From positions 124,001 to 188,000 of IMG/VR virus record IMGVR_UViG_3300043446_004613: DNA of 64,000 bases. The stretch is one strand, 5' to 3'. The notes under the pieces are model-generated. The model was not told the DNA's origin. It was given only the letters and a program-made list of their open reading frames with translations, and made no database searches. Numbering within the stretch: position 1 is the first letter of the stretch; each line of letters opens with the position of its first letter. Shown piece by piece: positions 1 through 9,161 of this stretch. The position numbers were made by a program, and so were the translations under genes.

Positions 1-44
1 TCTTCGCCTTGGTATAACCGTAATCGACGGAGCCATCCGTACTT

Positions 45-980
45 TTGACATCTAATTTTATGCGTAGCCTAATTGCAATCAAAACCTATCGCCGACTCCA
101 CGCCCTCAAAGCTATGATGTCGGGCATCGAACAACACTGTCCGCAGTATCACTGCATTATCAGCGAAGACTGCGGTCAGCGTGATGGAACGACAGATTTC
201 ATTACTAAAGGCCGTGTCGGCACAGCTGTGCCGGAACTGCTGTCGACAAAGCATGTCGTTGAAAGCGGCGACGCTAACTTCATTAACGCAGATGTATACA
301 CTGGAGACGTAAATCTGGGTGTTACAGGCAACAACAACCGTTTGCTCAAGCTGTTCATGGATGGCGAGTGGGATCACCTGCTGCTGTGCGATGACGATTT
401 GCTCGTGACGGGTGATTTCGTTGAAGCATACGCGAACGCCCATGCAGACCTTGGTGTGGACATGTTTTGCTTCTGCGACTTCACTGAAGCATCTCCAGCC
501 ATATCCGGTGCCCCGGAAACGTATAAATGGACTACTTATCCGATGCGCGGTTATCAAGTAAAGTTTCTACCCCGCTTCACCGGCATCATGATGTCGGTAA
601 CACGCAGCCTCATTGAAAAGATAGGCTACATGGATGCCGAGTTCGGCAAGTTTGGAGAAGAACACTGCGACTGGACAATTCGTGCGCGTATGGCAGGCGG
701 CATACGTCTGAACAACACGGATATGAATTGTTTGGACATCGCCCATAACCGCCTGACCCATCAAAACGTACAGACCAGTATGTCAGGTTCAGCGCGTAAG
801 CACGCTGATCAAGAAGCCCACGTCGCTATGCAGCGGGCTGCCTATGAATACCGTTTGCGTCACTATTACCGGCCCTTCCGTCTTACCTATCCAGTGATGG
901 CGGCAGGCCATTCCGGTGTCGGCGTGCCCTGCCGCCAGCTGGATCAGATCGGCTATAGACTCGTGAACGCCCCTGCGTAG
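45..980 (+). CDS. glycosyltransferase family 2-like protein
   Basis: N-terminal LIAIKTYRR/IISEDCG, DxD motif (LLCDDD), C-terminal GYMDAEFGKFGEEHCDW typical of GT2; the real start may be ATG at 60. Confidence 0.7.
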   Translation: MTSNFMRSLIAIKTYRRLHALKAMMSGIEQHCPQYHCIISEDCGQRDGTTDFITKGRVGTAVPELLSTKHVVESGDANFINADVYTGDVNLGVTGNNNRLLKLFMDGEWDHLLLCDDDLLVTGDFVEAYANAHADLGVDMFCFCDFTEASPAISGAPETYKWTTYPMRGYQVKFLPRFTGIMMSVTRSLIEKIGYMDAEFGKFGEEHCDWTIRARMAGGIRLNNTDMNCLDIAHNRLTHQNVQTSMSGSARKHADQEAHVAMQRAAYEYRLRHYYRPFRLTYPVMAAGHSGVGVPCRQLDQIGYRLVNAPA

Positions 981-983
981 TTA
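977..983 (+). promoter_or_regulatory. GTAGTTA upstream motif (first of 15 copies, see findings)
   Basis: GTAGTTA ends 4 nt before the GTG at 988; its TAG is also the stop of the upstream gene. Confidence 0.55.
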
Positions 984-987
984 GGCT

Positions 988-1635
988 GTGACTAAGAATC
1001 CGCATCTGAAGAAATTACTCGGCGAATCGGAACACGACGAGGTTCACCGCTACGCCGATGCTATGCAGCAAACGCCGCAGAACGGACGCGAAGCATACCC
1101 AGATCAGCCTGAGCTTGCCTCTGCGTTTGATCGGCTGCATTTGCAGGATAAGTCGTTGGACGAACTGCGCGACATGGTTGCCAATCAAGCGCTAAACGGC
1201 TTTGAGCTTGAGGTCGTAAACAACGAGATCGAGTTTTTGAGCGGACTCTCTGAAAATCTCGAAGATCAGCAGAATATGCCCGCACGTCCAAAAGACGAGA
1301 CGCAGGACGACACGCCGATCAAGCCGAAAAGTAACAAGGCGGCCAGCTTCGGAAACGTCAACGTGGAACTGGCTCCGAGCGTGCGGGAATTGATCGGTCT
1401 TTGGAAGCGCGGCGAGCACATGGCAGTTGCCGCCCGCTTGATGTTCACGCCAGCGAGCTATGTCGATTTCATTGCGTTATCTTTTACCATTGGTCAAGCT
1501 GGTGCAATGGAATTGGCTGGTTTACTGGATGAACTTTCAGATACCGAAAATATGCGACCGCCGTCCACCCCGCCAGAGTACAAAGAATTGCTTCAAAAAG
1601 TCGCAGGAGCAAACGCAGAGGAAAACGTTATATGA
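988..1635 (+). CDS. hypothetical protein, candidate internal head protein
   Basis: 215-aa ORF, N-terminal HLKKLLGE motif, overlaps next start. Confidence 0.6.
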   Translation: MTKNPHLKKLLGESEHDEVHRYADAMQQTPQNGREAYPDQPELASAFDRLHLQDKSLDELRDMVANQALNGFELEVVNNEIEFLSGLSENLEDQQNMPARPKDETQDDTPIKPKSNKAASFGNVNVELAPSVRELIGLWKRGEHMAVAARLMFTPASYVDFIALSFTIGQAGAMELAGLLDELSDTENMRPPSTPPEYKELLQKVAGANAEENVI

Positions 1636-2399
1636 GCAGCAACCCCCTTTTAGCCCGCGCCCTTGGTGAATCAACCGGCGATGTCGTGCCGGTTCTCGCC
1701 AATGTACCGCGCAGCACGCAACGCAGTCGTCTTGAGCGCCTGCGCCAGCGCCGTGATCCAGAAGGTATTGAATCCAAAAATGAAAGCCATCGGCGCGACA
1801 TCTCGCGCCTGATCGGTGAATCTGAAACCGATGAGCAGCAAAAGCGCAGCGATAGCGTTATCCCGGACGAAGCAGAGGAGATTGATAAGAGCGCCTACAC
1901 TGTAGGCAAGCCGATTGATCCGCCCAAGAAAGTCGTGCAGGAACCGTCGCATCCAACAGCTGATAAGGAGAAGTACATTACTCCGGCATCTGCTTTGACT
2001 GCTCCCGATGCGACACCGCAGGCCACGCAGCCGCTAGACGCTTCACAGGTACCGATGCCCGGCGCATCCGGGCCTCAGCGATTTAGCGCATCCGACCTTG
2101 AAAAAGCCCCGGCAGCCCCAGCAGCCGGAAAAACGACAGCTGAAATCGATCCGCTGTCTGTACTACTTGGTCATGGTCGGGTACCGCGCCCTGCGCCCGA
2201 AATGCAAACGTTCCAGCAGGCAGGCAACATCAGCACTGAAGAAGCCCAGCGCATGGTTGGCGTACAGCCGATGCTTGCCGAGGAGGCCAAATCTCGAGCA
2301 GCAGCGGCGCTTCAACAGGGCGGCGTACCGATGCCTGAACCGAGCGCGCCAACAGACGGAAAGCGCGTTTTGGAAGCTTTCCGTCGTTTTGTCGTATGA
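1632..2399 (+). CDS. Pro/Ala-rich hypothetical protein, candidate internal head protein
   Basis: 255 aa; LARALGE and ISRLIGE motifs; 4-nt (ATGA) overlaps with both neighbours. Confidence 0.6.
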   Translation: MSSNPLLARALGESTGDVVPVLANVPRSTQRSRLERLRQRRDPEGIESKNESHRRDISRLIGESETDEQQKRSDSVIPDEAEEIDKSAYTVGKPIDPPKKVVQEPSHPTADKEKYITPASALTAPDATPQATQPLDASQVPMPGASGPQRFSASDLEKAPAAPAAGKTTAEIDPLSVLLGHGRVPRPAPEMQTFQQAGNISTEEAQRMVGVQPMLAEEAKSRAAAALQQGGVPMPEPSAPTDGKRVLEAFRRFVV

Positions 2400-2911
2400 A
2401 AGCCGATGTCATCGCGTTTAAGCTGCTAGAGGCTGACGGCGAATACGTACCAGAAGGGTATGAGTTGCTGGACACGGTTGACGTTGGCGACTACACGCTG
2501 AAGCTGTGGCAGGGTGAAGGGCACGTTCGCGGCGTTGCCGTTAAATTTTACGAAATTAGCCTGAACGCTCACGGGCGCTCTTTTGCTCCTGAAGAGCAAA
2601 ATAAGAAGTTTGCGACAACGATGGCGATGCCTGCGCGTAGCGTTATGCGCGTTGTAGGTGAATGGATCAAACGCTACGGCGGTCTGTACATTGGTAGCTA
2701 TTCTCCGCGAAAGCTGGCTACATACCACCACATGTTTAAGCGCTATCTTCCCCAGCTGAAGGTCAGCGATCCGTTCGCTCCGTTCGATGAGTGCGAAGGT
2801 AAACCCGAGTATTTCACCGTAAACAGCATGCCATCAGCTTTAGAACGTGCGCTCGCTGAAGCAATAAAACGCTACGATGCGCAAGTTAAACGCGGGCAAG
2901 ATCAGCGATGA
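2396..2911 (+). CDS. hypothetical protein
   Basis: 171 aa, N-terminal VIAFKLLE motif; may continue by a 1-nt shift into 2877-3059. Confidence 0.6.
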   Translation: MKADVIAFKLLEADGEYVPEGYELLDTVDVGDYTLKLWQGEGHVRGVAVKFYEISLNAHGRSFAPEEQNKKFATTMAMPARSVMRVVGEWIKRYGGLYIGSYSPRKLATYHHMFKRYLPQLKVSDPFAPFDECEGKPEYFTVNSMPSALERALAEAIKRYDAQVKRGQDQR

Positions 2912-3059
2912 TAACCGTAACGAGTATGCGGAACAGATCGTTGAACAGGTTATCGTAGACTCTGACCTGCTTTCCACCGATGACGTTGAAACAATCGACA
3001 CGTTTAACCATGTTTTAGCCAAGCTGCTGGCGTATGCGTCAGGCAGTCCGGTAGCTTGA
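2877..3059 (+). CDS. short ORF, possibly the frameshifted C-terminus of 2396-2911
   Basis: 60-aa acidic helical-looking ORF overlapping the previous gene in the +1 frame. Confidence 0.3.
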   Translation: MRKLNAGKISDDNRNEYAEQIVEQVIVDSDLLSTDDVETIDTFNHVLAKLLAYASGSPVA

Positions 3060-3078
3060 CCTATAACCACTTAAATCC

Positions 3079-3369
3079 ATGTCTGATCTGCCATTACCCA
3101 ATCTCGGTGTGCCTGTTGTAAACAACGAGCTACACGTGCGCATACACCGCGAGATGTTTTCGGATTTCTTCACCATAATGCTGGATGACAATTCTAGCGA
3201 AGAGCTTGAAATTGAACCTCTTAGGGAATGGTTTAAGGTGCGTGGCGCGAACATGGATTCGATTGATAAGGTGCTCGACCATGTCTGGAATTTTGGTTAC
3301 GCGGAAGTCCTGATCTCCAACCCAAAAACACCTAAGCACCTGCGCCTTCCGCATGAGCCGGACATTTAG
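3079..3369 (+). CDS. hypothetical protein
   Basis: 96-aa ORF filling the gap before the protease gene. Confidence 0.55.
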   Translation: MSDLPLPNLGVPVVNNELHVRIHREMFSDFFTIMLDDNSSEELEIEPLREWFKVRGANMDSIDKVLDHVWNFGYAEVLISNPKTPKHLRLPHEPDI

Positions 3370-3483
3370 TAGACACCGGGCACCTGCAAGCCTCTGTAGA
3401 CGTAAGTGACGTAGCAAAAGTCTATTGGAAGTCCAATCGTATTAGGTGCGTTAAGCCAGTGTAAACGGTCGCTAGGGAGAAGT

Positions 3484-5178
3484 ATGCGTTGTTACGTACG
3501 CAGAATTTCTTGTATGCGACAATACCTTATTGAAGGCATAACGGGCGCGTTTCCGTTCATTGTGGATCGGAACAAAACTCCGGTAACGGAGAGTCGCCCC
3601 AACGGCGGTAGCTTCACCCGCATCCCCGGACGTTTCAGCGTTTGCGACTGTGTCAACGGCAACAATCGCCGTTACAGCAAGCGTGTCTGGGAAAAGAACC
3701 TCACTGAAGGCTCAGTCCTACAGGAGTCCATCAAGCGCAACGCTGCTTTCGGCCTCCTCGAACACCCCAAAGACGGTATTGTCACTCTTCTCTCTCCGAT
3801 TTCCCACCACGTTACCAAAGCAGAAATGGTTGAAACCCGCGATGCCTCCGGCAAGCCGGTTTATGAAGTCTGCGGCGAAATCGTCATTTTCAATACCGAT
3901 GAAGGCCGCAAGTTGACCGCTTTGATCGAAGGCGGCTACAACCCGCTCGTCTCCAGCCGTGGTTACGGCTCTCTGAACAAAGCCAGCGACGGTGTTGATG
4001 AAGTCGCTGAGGACTTTGTCTGCGAAGGTTGGGACGTGGTAATCAAGCCGAGCTTTGAGCAGGCTGAACTGACTCCGGCCCGCAGTACTTCTACGGCCAC
4101 TATGGCCACCCCCGTCGCTCCTAACCCGCAAGCTGAATCTAAACAGCCTGCGCCCGCTACAGTGACGGAAACCAAACAAAATTTGAAGGAGTCGACGCCT
4201 TCAACTGGTGCGGATAAACCGACCAGCGTAACCACAAACAAAAATAACACTATGGAACTGAACACATTGAAGTCGCAGATCGAGAGCCTCCGCTCCGCTG
4301 ATGCTGCGAAACCCAATCGGTTCGCTGAGTCCATGACGAAAGTCGAGGAACTGCACCAGCAGGTTGCTGAGTGGGCCGCTGCCGATCCCAAACGTTCTTG
4401 GGAAGCGCAGAAGCTCCACAAGTCCCTCGACTCCATCGGCGAAGGACTCACTGCGACCATTAACCGTCCCGCTGACACCGCTCGTAAGCTCAGCGAGAAC
4501 AACAACAAGCTGCTTCGCGTTATCGACGCCGTCGCCAAGACTGCCGTCACTTACAAGAAGAAGCTCGGCGAAGCCCTCAAATCCGACGGCAGCCGCGTCA
4601 AGATGATCGAAGAACTGACCCGTCGCGGTCAGGGCTGGCAGCGTATCGCCGAGAGCCGTAAGCAAAAGCTCATGGTTCAGGAAAAAGATTTCGATACCGC
4701 GTGCGAAGCGCTCGACATCATGGCCCAGCGCTATCACGAAGACGTGACCGAACTCGGTCGTCGCCTCATCGTCCTTGAATTCAAGGAGAAGGCCCAGACG
4801 CCTGAAATCCAGAAGTCGCTCAAAGAAGCGACCCGTCTGCGTCACATCGTTACCATCCGCGAACGGCTGGAAGGTAAAAAGAAACCCGTCTCTGAAACCT
4901 CTGCGGAAGGCAAGCAGCCCAAAGAAGGCGAGCAGCCTAGCCACGAAGGCATCAAGGACGAGAAGCAAAAGGGCGCTGGCAGCCCTGATGCTGGCAAGGT
5001 TGCTGAAGAACCCGGCAAGGTGAAAACCGAGTCGAAGGCTCCCGGCGACGCGGCCAAAAAGACTCAGACCGTTTCTGAGTCACAGGTGCTGAAGACGGAT
5101 CGCGCTGACATCAGTGTCCGCTCGGTCAATGAATCGGTGGAACTGGTGCGTCGGCTTAGCACCGCACCCGCCAAGTAA
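3484..5178 (+). CDS. prohead core protease (T4 gp21-like) fused to a coiled-coil scaffold region
   Basis: NGNNRRY, GLLEHP, VSSRGYGS and GWDVVIKPSF motifs of the gp21/U9 family, followed by about 300 aa of charged helical sequence; directly upstream of the MCP; likely start 3514. Confidence 0.88.
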   Translation: MRCYVRRISCMRQYLIEGITGAFPFIVDRNKTPVTESRPNGGSFTRIPGRFSVCDCVNGNNRRYSKRVWEKNLTEGSVLQESIKRNAAFGLLEHPKDGIVTLLSPISHHVTKAEMVETRDASGKPVYEVCGEIVIFNTDEGRKLTALIEGGYNPLVSSRGYGSLNKASDGVDEVAEDFVCEGWDVVIKPSFEQAELTPARSTSTATMATPVAPNPQAESKQPAPATVTETKQNLKESTPSTGADKPTSVTTNKNNTMELNTLKSQIESLRSADAAKPNRFAESMTKVEELHQQVAEWAAADPKRSWEAQKLHKSLDSIGEGLTATINRPADTARKLSENNNKLLRVIDAVAKTAVTYKKKLGEALKSDGSRVKMIEELTRRGQGWQRIAESRKQKLMVQEKDFDTACEALDIMAQRYHEDVTELGRRLIVLEFKEKAQTPEIQKSLKEATRLRHIVTIRERLEGKKKPVSETSAEGKQPKEGEQPSHEGIKDEKQKGAGSPDAGKVAEEPGKVKTESKAPGDAAKKTQTVSESQVLKTDRADISVRSVNESVELVRRLSTAPAK

Positions 5179-5215
5179 CAAGTAAGCCATCCAACAACAA
5201 AACTAACGAACTACT

Positions 5216-6679
5216 ATGGTAATTCTCACTGAAAGTGGAAGACCGGTATTGGCGTCTGATGGCGGGCACATCTCCCGTTTCATGGACGTCTTGGAGTGGG
5301 GCTATCGCCTCGCTGAAACATCGTTGGGCATCCCTGAAAAGAACTCACGCGGCCTTTGGGAAGCGCGGGGCTGGAAGGAATTTGTCCAACACATGCCTGA
5401 GCACAAGCGTCCTTTGGCCGCAATCATGCTCGAAAACTGCCGCAGCCGTTTTGGCCGCCTCGATGAAGTGACTCGTACCACGTCACTCGGCACGTTCGAT
5501 AAATGGATTTTCCCCATTATCGCCAACATGTCCGAGAACGACGTGATCGACCAGCTTGTCGCGCTCCAGCCGATGGCAGGCCCGGTGAGCCAGATCGTCT
5601 ACATGGACATCGTCACTGGCCGTCGCAAAGGCCGTACTCCCGCAGGTGCCCCGATGTGGCGTGCCTTGCAGGGCGCGGTTGACCGCGACGACGACGGCGA
5701 TGAAGTCGTTCAGGACGAAACCGGCACTGCGTCGAGCGGTGGCGTGTTCATCCTCGAATGGACGCCTATCCGTCCCGGTACCGTCACAGGTTCCTACAGC
5801 ACCGTGAACTTTGCTGACGACGGCAACGGTCAGATCATCAACGTAGCCACCAACGCCGCGATCGGTACAGTCGTGTACCAAGGCACTGGCGCTGGCACCG
5901 TGACGATCGCCGGGGCAGCCAACACGGACTACTCCGTGACCTACGCGTTCAATTCTGAAGGCAACCTCGCCATTCAGGATTACGAAATGAAGCTTTCCAG
6001 CACTCCGGTGACTGCGAAAGTGATGAAGCTCAAGACCCTGTGGTCTGAGGAAGCCGACCAGAACCTTCAGGCGATGTACAACATCAAGGCCGAAAGCGTT
6101 CTGCTCAACGCGCTCACCAACGCCCTCCAGTATCAGAAACACCGCCAAGTGATCTTCGATCTCCGCGCCAAAGCTGATGCCGGTTTCGTTGTCTGGGATG
6201 CGATCGCTCCGTCTGGTGTCAACTACCAGACCCACAAGTTCAGCATCATCGACGCGTTCGAGACTGCATCGAACTTCATCTACGGCGCTACGAACATGGT
6301 TGCCGGTAACTGGTTGCTGCTTGGCCTCCAAGCCGCTACCGTGGTTGCCACGCTGCCGCAGTTCGTGCCGAAGAACAACCGCGTGCAGATGCAGGGTATC
6401 ACCTACATCGGCGATCTTGGCAACAAGAAGGTCTTCGCTGACCCGCACTATCCGACTAACGAGTTCCTCGTCGGTCACAAGGGTGACCAGTTCCTGACCA
6501 CCGGCTACGTGTTGGCCGAATATCAGAAGCTGTACACCACCCCTGACGTGGTGCTGCCGGACTTCATCCATCAACGTGGCTTTGCGACGAGCTTCGCCCG
6601 GAAGATGGTTAACAGCAAGATGTACTGCCGTGGCCTCGTTCAGAATAGTCCAACGGCGTTCGGCCAAACGATTGGCTAA
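5216..6679 (+). CDS. major capsid protein (T4 gp23-like)
   Basis: DQLVALQPMAGPVSQIVYM motif, KLKTLWSEEADQNLQAMYNI segment, strongly biased codons, position after protease/scaffold, own terminator. Confidence 0.92.
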   Translation: MVILTESGRPVLASDGGHISRFMDVLEWGYRLAETSLGIPEKNSRGLWEARGWKEFVQHMPEHKRPLAAIMLENCRSRFGRLDEVTRTTSLGTFDKWIFPIIANMSENDVIDQLVALQPMAGPVSQIVYMDIVTGRRKGRTPAGAPMWRALQGAVDRDDDGDEVVQDETGTASSGGVFILEWTPIRPGTVTGSYSTVNFADDGNGQIINVATNAAIGTVVYQGTGAGTVTIAGAANTDYSVTYAFNSEGNLAIQDYEMKLSSTPVTAKVMKLKTLWSEEADQNLQAMYNIKAESVLLNALTNALQYQKHRQVIFDLRAKADAGFVVWDAIAPSGVNYQTHKFSIIDAFETASNFIYGATNMVAGNWLLLGLQAATVVATLPQFVPKNNRVQMQGITYIGDLGNKKVFADPHYPTNEFLVGHKGDQFLTTGYVLAEYQKLYTTPDVVLPDFIHQRGFATSFARKMVNSKMYCRGLVQNSPTAFGQTIG

Positions 6680-6698
6680 GAGTAAGCTGAAAATTCAT

Positions 6699-6727
6699 AA
6701 ACCCCGCAGGAAACTGCGGGGTTTTTT
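6699..6727 (+). terminator. Rho-independent terminator of the MCP gene
   Basis: aaaccccgcag-GAAA-ctgcggggttt hairpin followed by a T tract, 20 nt after the MCP stop. Confidence 0.9.
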
Positions 6728-6856
6728 GTTGCTTTATTTTGCTAACTAGCTAAAAGTAAGCTGGTGCAGGCAGGTAAGCTCAAGCTTGACCAGTTTCGGG
6801 AATATGTGAAGCGTGCGCTGACAACCAAGCTGTAGATAGTTACATAAAATATAATG

Positions 6857-6884
6857 TTGACTTTCAGCGCCGGGCGCTTACTCT
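6857..6884 (+). promoter_or_regulatory. sigma70-like promoter, probably giving a leaderless transcript
   Basis: TTGACT-N16-TACTCT, with the -10 box ending 6 nt before ATG 6891. Confidence 0.45.
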
Positions 6885-6890
6885 TACACC

Positions 6891-7268
6891 ATGCTATTTG
6901 AACCGACGGCCACCAACATCACCAAGCGCTACTTTGTAGACCGCGATGGCGTGCCGACATCCCGGATGCAGAACCGGCCCGGCATGGGCCACTTTGAGAT
7001 CGCGCAGTCTGTTGTAAATCTTGATCCGAATACTGATCTGTACCAGCAGATGTTTGCTTTGAAATACCTGCGCGTAGGCGAAGATGCGGCGAGCAATACG
7101 CTGTACGTCGACGCTCCTGTCAGCAGCGCGGATAAGCTCACTACGCGTCAACGGCGCTGGCTAAAGGACAAACAAGCGGAAGGCTGGAAAGTCGAGTTCA
7201 ACAATCGCTCGTTTGTTGAGGCCCGCGACACCCGCGCCACGCAGGTTGTAAAGCAGCTGCTCGGGTAG
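6891..7268 (+). CDS. hypothetical protein
   Basis: 125 aa, ends in ATQVVKQLLG motif. Confidence 0.6.
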   Translation: MLFEPTATNITKRYFVDRDGVPTSRMQNRPGMGHFEIAQSVVNLDPNTDLYQQMFALKYLRVGEDAASNTLYVDAPVSSADKLTTRQRRWLKDKQAEGWKVEFNNRSFVEARDTRATQVVKQLLG

Positions 7269-7275
7269 TTAGACT

Positions 7276-7518
7276 ATGCTGCATAAACGTGCCAATCAAA
7301 TCCGTACCCGGATCACGCAAATTGAACGTGAATTAGACAACGACCACGATGGTCAGCCTACCGCGCCGCTGACTCGCGAACTCGAAGACCTGCGTAACGA
7401 ACTCGCTTTCATTGAGGCCGACATCCCGCGTCGCACAAATGGTCGTTTTTTGGAAGGCCAGAACCCGCATAATACGACTCCTGCTGGGGCGCTGGTTTCC
7501 AAGATGCTTGATGCCTGA
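7276..7518 (+). CDS. hypothetical protein
   Basis: 80 aa, short coiled coil, ends GALVSKMLDA; GTAGTTA upstream. Confidence 0.55.
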   Translation: MLHKRANQIRTRITQIERELDNDHDGQPTAPLTRELEDLRNELAFIEADIPRRTNGRFLEGQNPHNTTPAGALVSKMLDA

Positions 7519-7523
7519 ATGAT

Positions 7524-8027
7524 ATGCTCTCCGCCGCTTTCATTGTAAACCGCCTGCTTGAAACCAGCGTCAATGACCATGTTCTGGTAAAAAGCAAAGG
7601 CTTGGTGCTGCTTAAAATGTCCATGATTGCGCAGTACTTGCTTGATAAGAATCGTTACCCTGATCTGCCTGAAGCTGCCGTGCAGGCTGAAATCAAAAGT
7701 GCCCGTTTGACGGCGGCTCAAGTCGACAACATTCTGGATGACGACGACGAAAAAGCGGAACGATCCGAAGCCAAAGCAGACGGTACAATCGATCAGTACT
7801 GGCAATCCAAGTGTGAAGATATTGCTGATAGCGTTGCTAACGACATTCGCAGAAGTGCCGGAATTAAAGAACCGACGTGGCAACAATGGAAGCAGGGCAA
7901 CGCTCACTATTTTAAGACTCCGTCCGGTGAAATCCTCACCGCGCAAACCGCAGAAGAGTACTGGGCAATTCAGGCCAGAATCGGAAAACAACGCGTTACT
8001 TTATGCTCTCCGCCGCTTTCATTGTAA
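7524..8027 (+). CDS. hypothetical protein
   Basis: 167 aa starting MLSAAFIVNRLLE. Confidence 0.6.
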   Translation: MLSAAFIVNRLLETSVNDHVLVKSKGLVLLKMSMIAQYLLDKNRYPDLPEAAVQAEIKSARLTAAQVDNILDDDDEKAERSEAKADGTIDQYWQSKCEDIADSVANDIRRSAGIKEPTWQQWKQGNAHYFKTPSGEILTAQTAEEYWAIQARIGKQRVTLCSPPLSL

Positions 8028-8042
8028 AGCGCCTGCTCGAAA
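7524..8042 (+). repeat. 40-bp direct repeat (7524-7563 and 8003-8042) encoding the N-termini of two adjacent genes
   Basis: atgctctccgccgctttcattgtaaa(c/g)cgcctgct(t/c)gaaa, 2 mismatches. Confidence 0.9.
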
Positions 8043-8500
8043 ACGACGATGATGACATCGGTCGCTATATCGACGCAGCAGCCCACCAGCTACGCTACGG
8101 CGCAAAGATGCTGGCAACACAACCGACATCTGCTGATCCTGTAACGTATACGCATTTTGATTGCTGGTCTGACACAGGCGACGACGAAGATGATGGCGGC
8201 GAAGTTTGGAACTGGGACAGCGATCAAGCCGTAGCTCAGGTAGGTGTGCTGTGCGACGAATGGGTGACCATACCCGGCGTTGATGCGGATAAAATTCGAC
8301 AGATACAGCGCAATTATCTAGCACTGGGTATCGAAGGGCCTGCCGACTATGGTTGTCCCGGACAGGCCGATGCGTTCAACGAGTTTGCTAAAGTTTTTAT
8401 TGAAGCTGGCTACAGTGTCTACCTAAGTGACAGCATGTTTGAAGTTTACGATCCCGAAGAATTATCGGAAGAGGACAACGTATCGGATGATGAGCTATGA
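8003..8500 (+). CDS. acidic hypothetical protein
   Basis: 165 aa starting MLSAAFIVKRLLE. Confidence 0.6.
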   Translation: MLSAAFIVKRLLENDDDDIGRYIDAAAHQLRYGAKMLATQPTSADPVTYTHFDCWSDTGDDEDDGGEVWNWDSDQAVAQVGVLCDEWVTIPGVDADKIRQIQRNYLALGIEGPADYGCPGQADAFNEFAKVFIEAGYSVYLSDSMFEVYDPEELSEEDNVSDDEL

Positions 8501-8904
8501 GCGGCTGCAACCAACCATCAGCTTTACCCGGAAGCCAGCGCACTGTTCCATGTGGAACAAGTGTAGACGGTCGCATCTTCCTATGCTCCAACTGCCACAT
8601 GAGCGAGTCCGGCCCGCGTAAAGCCAGCCGAATCGTAGAATCTCTCTTGGAGGATGAAGGTGAACTTAACGCGCAAAGCTACGTCGATGAATTACCTCGC
8701 ATCATCGACGACTGGCATGATCTTGCCGGTGATGACTGGATGGAATGGATGGAGATAGTGCGTGAGATCGATGGCGACCTGCCTGAAGAAGAACAGATGA
8801 CCAGCAAGGAAGCCGATCGGCTGGCTGGCCAGATTTATCGGGCGCACAACGGTGAACTACAGGCAGCGCGGGCAGCTTTTGGATTGGAAACCGGTGCCAG
8901 CTAA
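8497..8904 (+). CDS. hypothetical protein
   Basis: 135 aa, ATGA overlap with upstream gene, contains ASRIVESLLE. Confidence 0.55.
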   Translation: MSGCNQPSALPGSQRTVPCGTSVDGRIFLCSNCHMSESGPRKASRIVESLLEDEGELNAQSYVDELPRIIDDWHDLAGDDWMEWMEIVREIDGDLPEEEQMTSKEADRLAGQIYRAHNGELQAARAAFGLETGAS

Positions 8905-8938
8905 GCATGTGATTAGATCACGTGCTAGTAGTTAGAGC

Positions 8939-9157
8939 ATGAACGCTACAATTCGTAAAGTCATCGGCGAGATGCAAGAGCCGCACCCGGAAACGGATAT
9001 GTCTAACCCCGAGGAAAAGCGTGAGGTCGTGCTGGCCCGTAAGATCAAGCACTGCATTGGCGCACGTAAGGGCACCGCCGAAGATTACCGGGAAGCTCTC
9101 AAGCAGGCCGAGCGTTACGCTGACGAAATTATCACGATGCACGGACAGCAGCCTTGA
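8939..9157 (+). CDS. hypothetical protein
   Basis: 72 aa, TIRKVIGE N-terminus, GTAGTTA 4 nt upstream. Confidence 0.55.
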   Translation: MNATIRKVIGEMQEPHPETDMSNPEEKREVVLARKIKHCIGARKGTAEDYREALKQAERYADEIITMHGQQP

Positions 9158-9161
9158 TTCG

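Noticed and set aside
4201-6667. Long minus-strand ORFs 4201-4968 and 5483-6667
   Set aside because: Antisense shadows of the codon-biased scaffold and MCP genes; no recognisable motifs
6749-6835. Open frame LAKSKLVQAGKLKLDQFREYVKRALTTKL after the MCP terminator
   Set aside because: No start codon and only about 29 codons; at most a gene remnant
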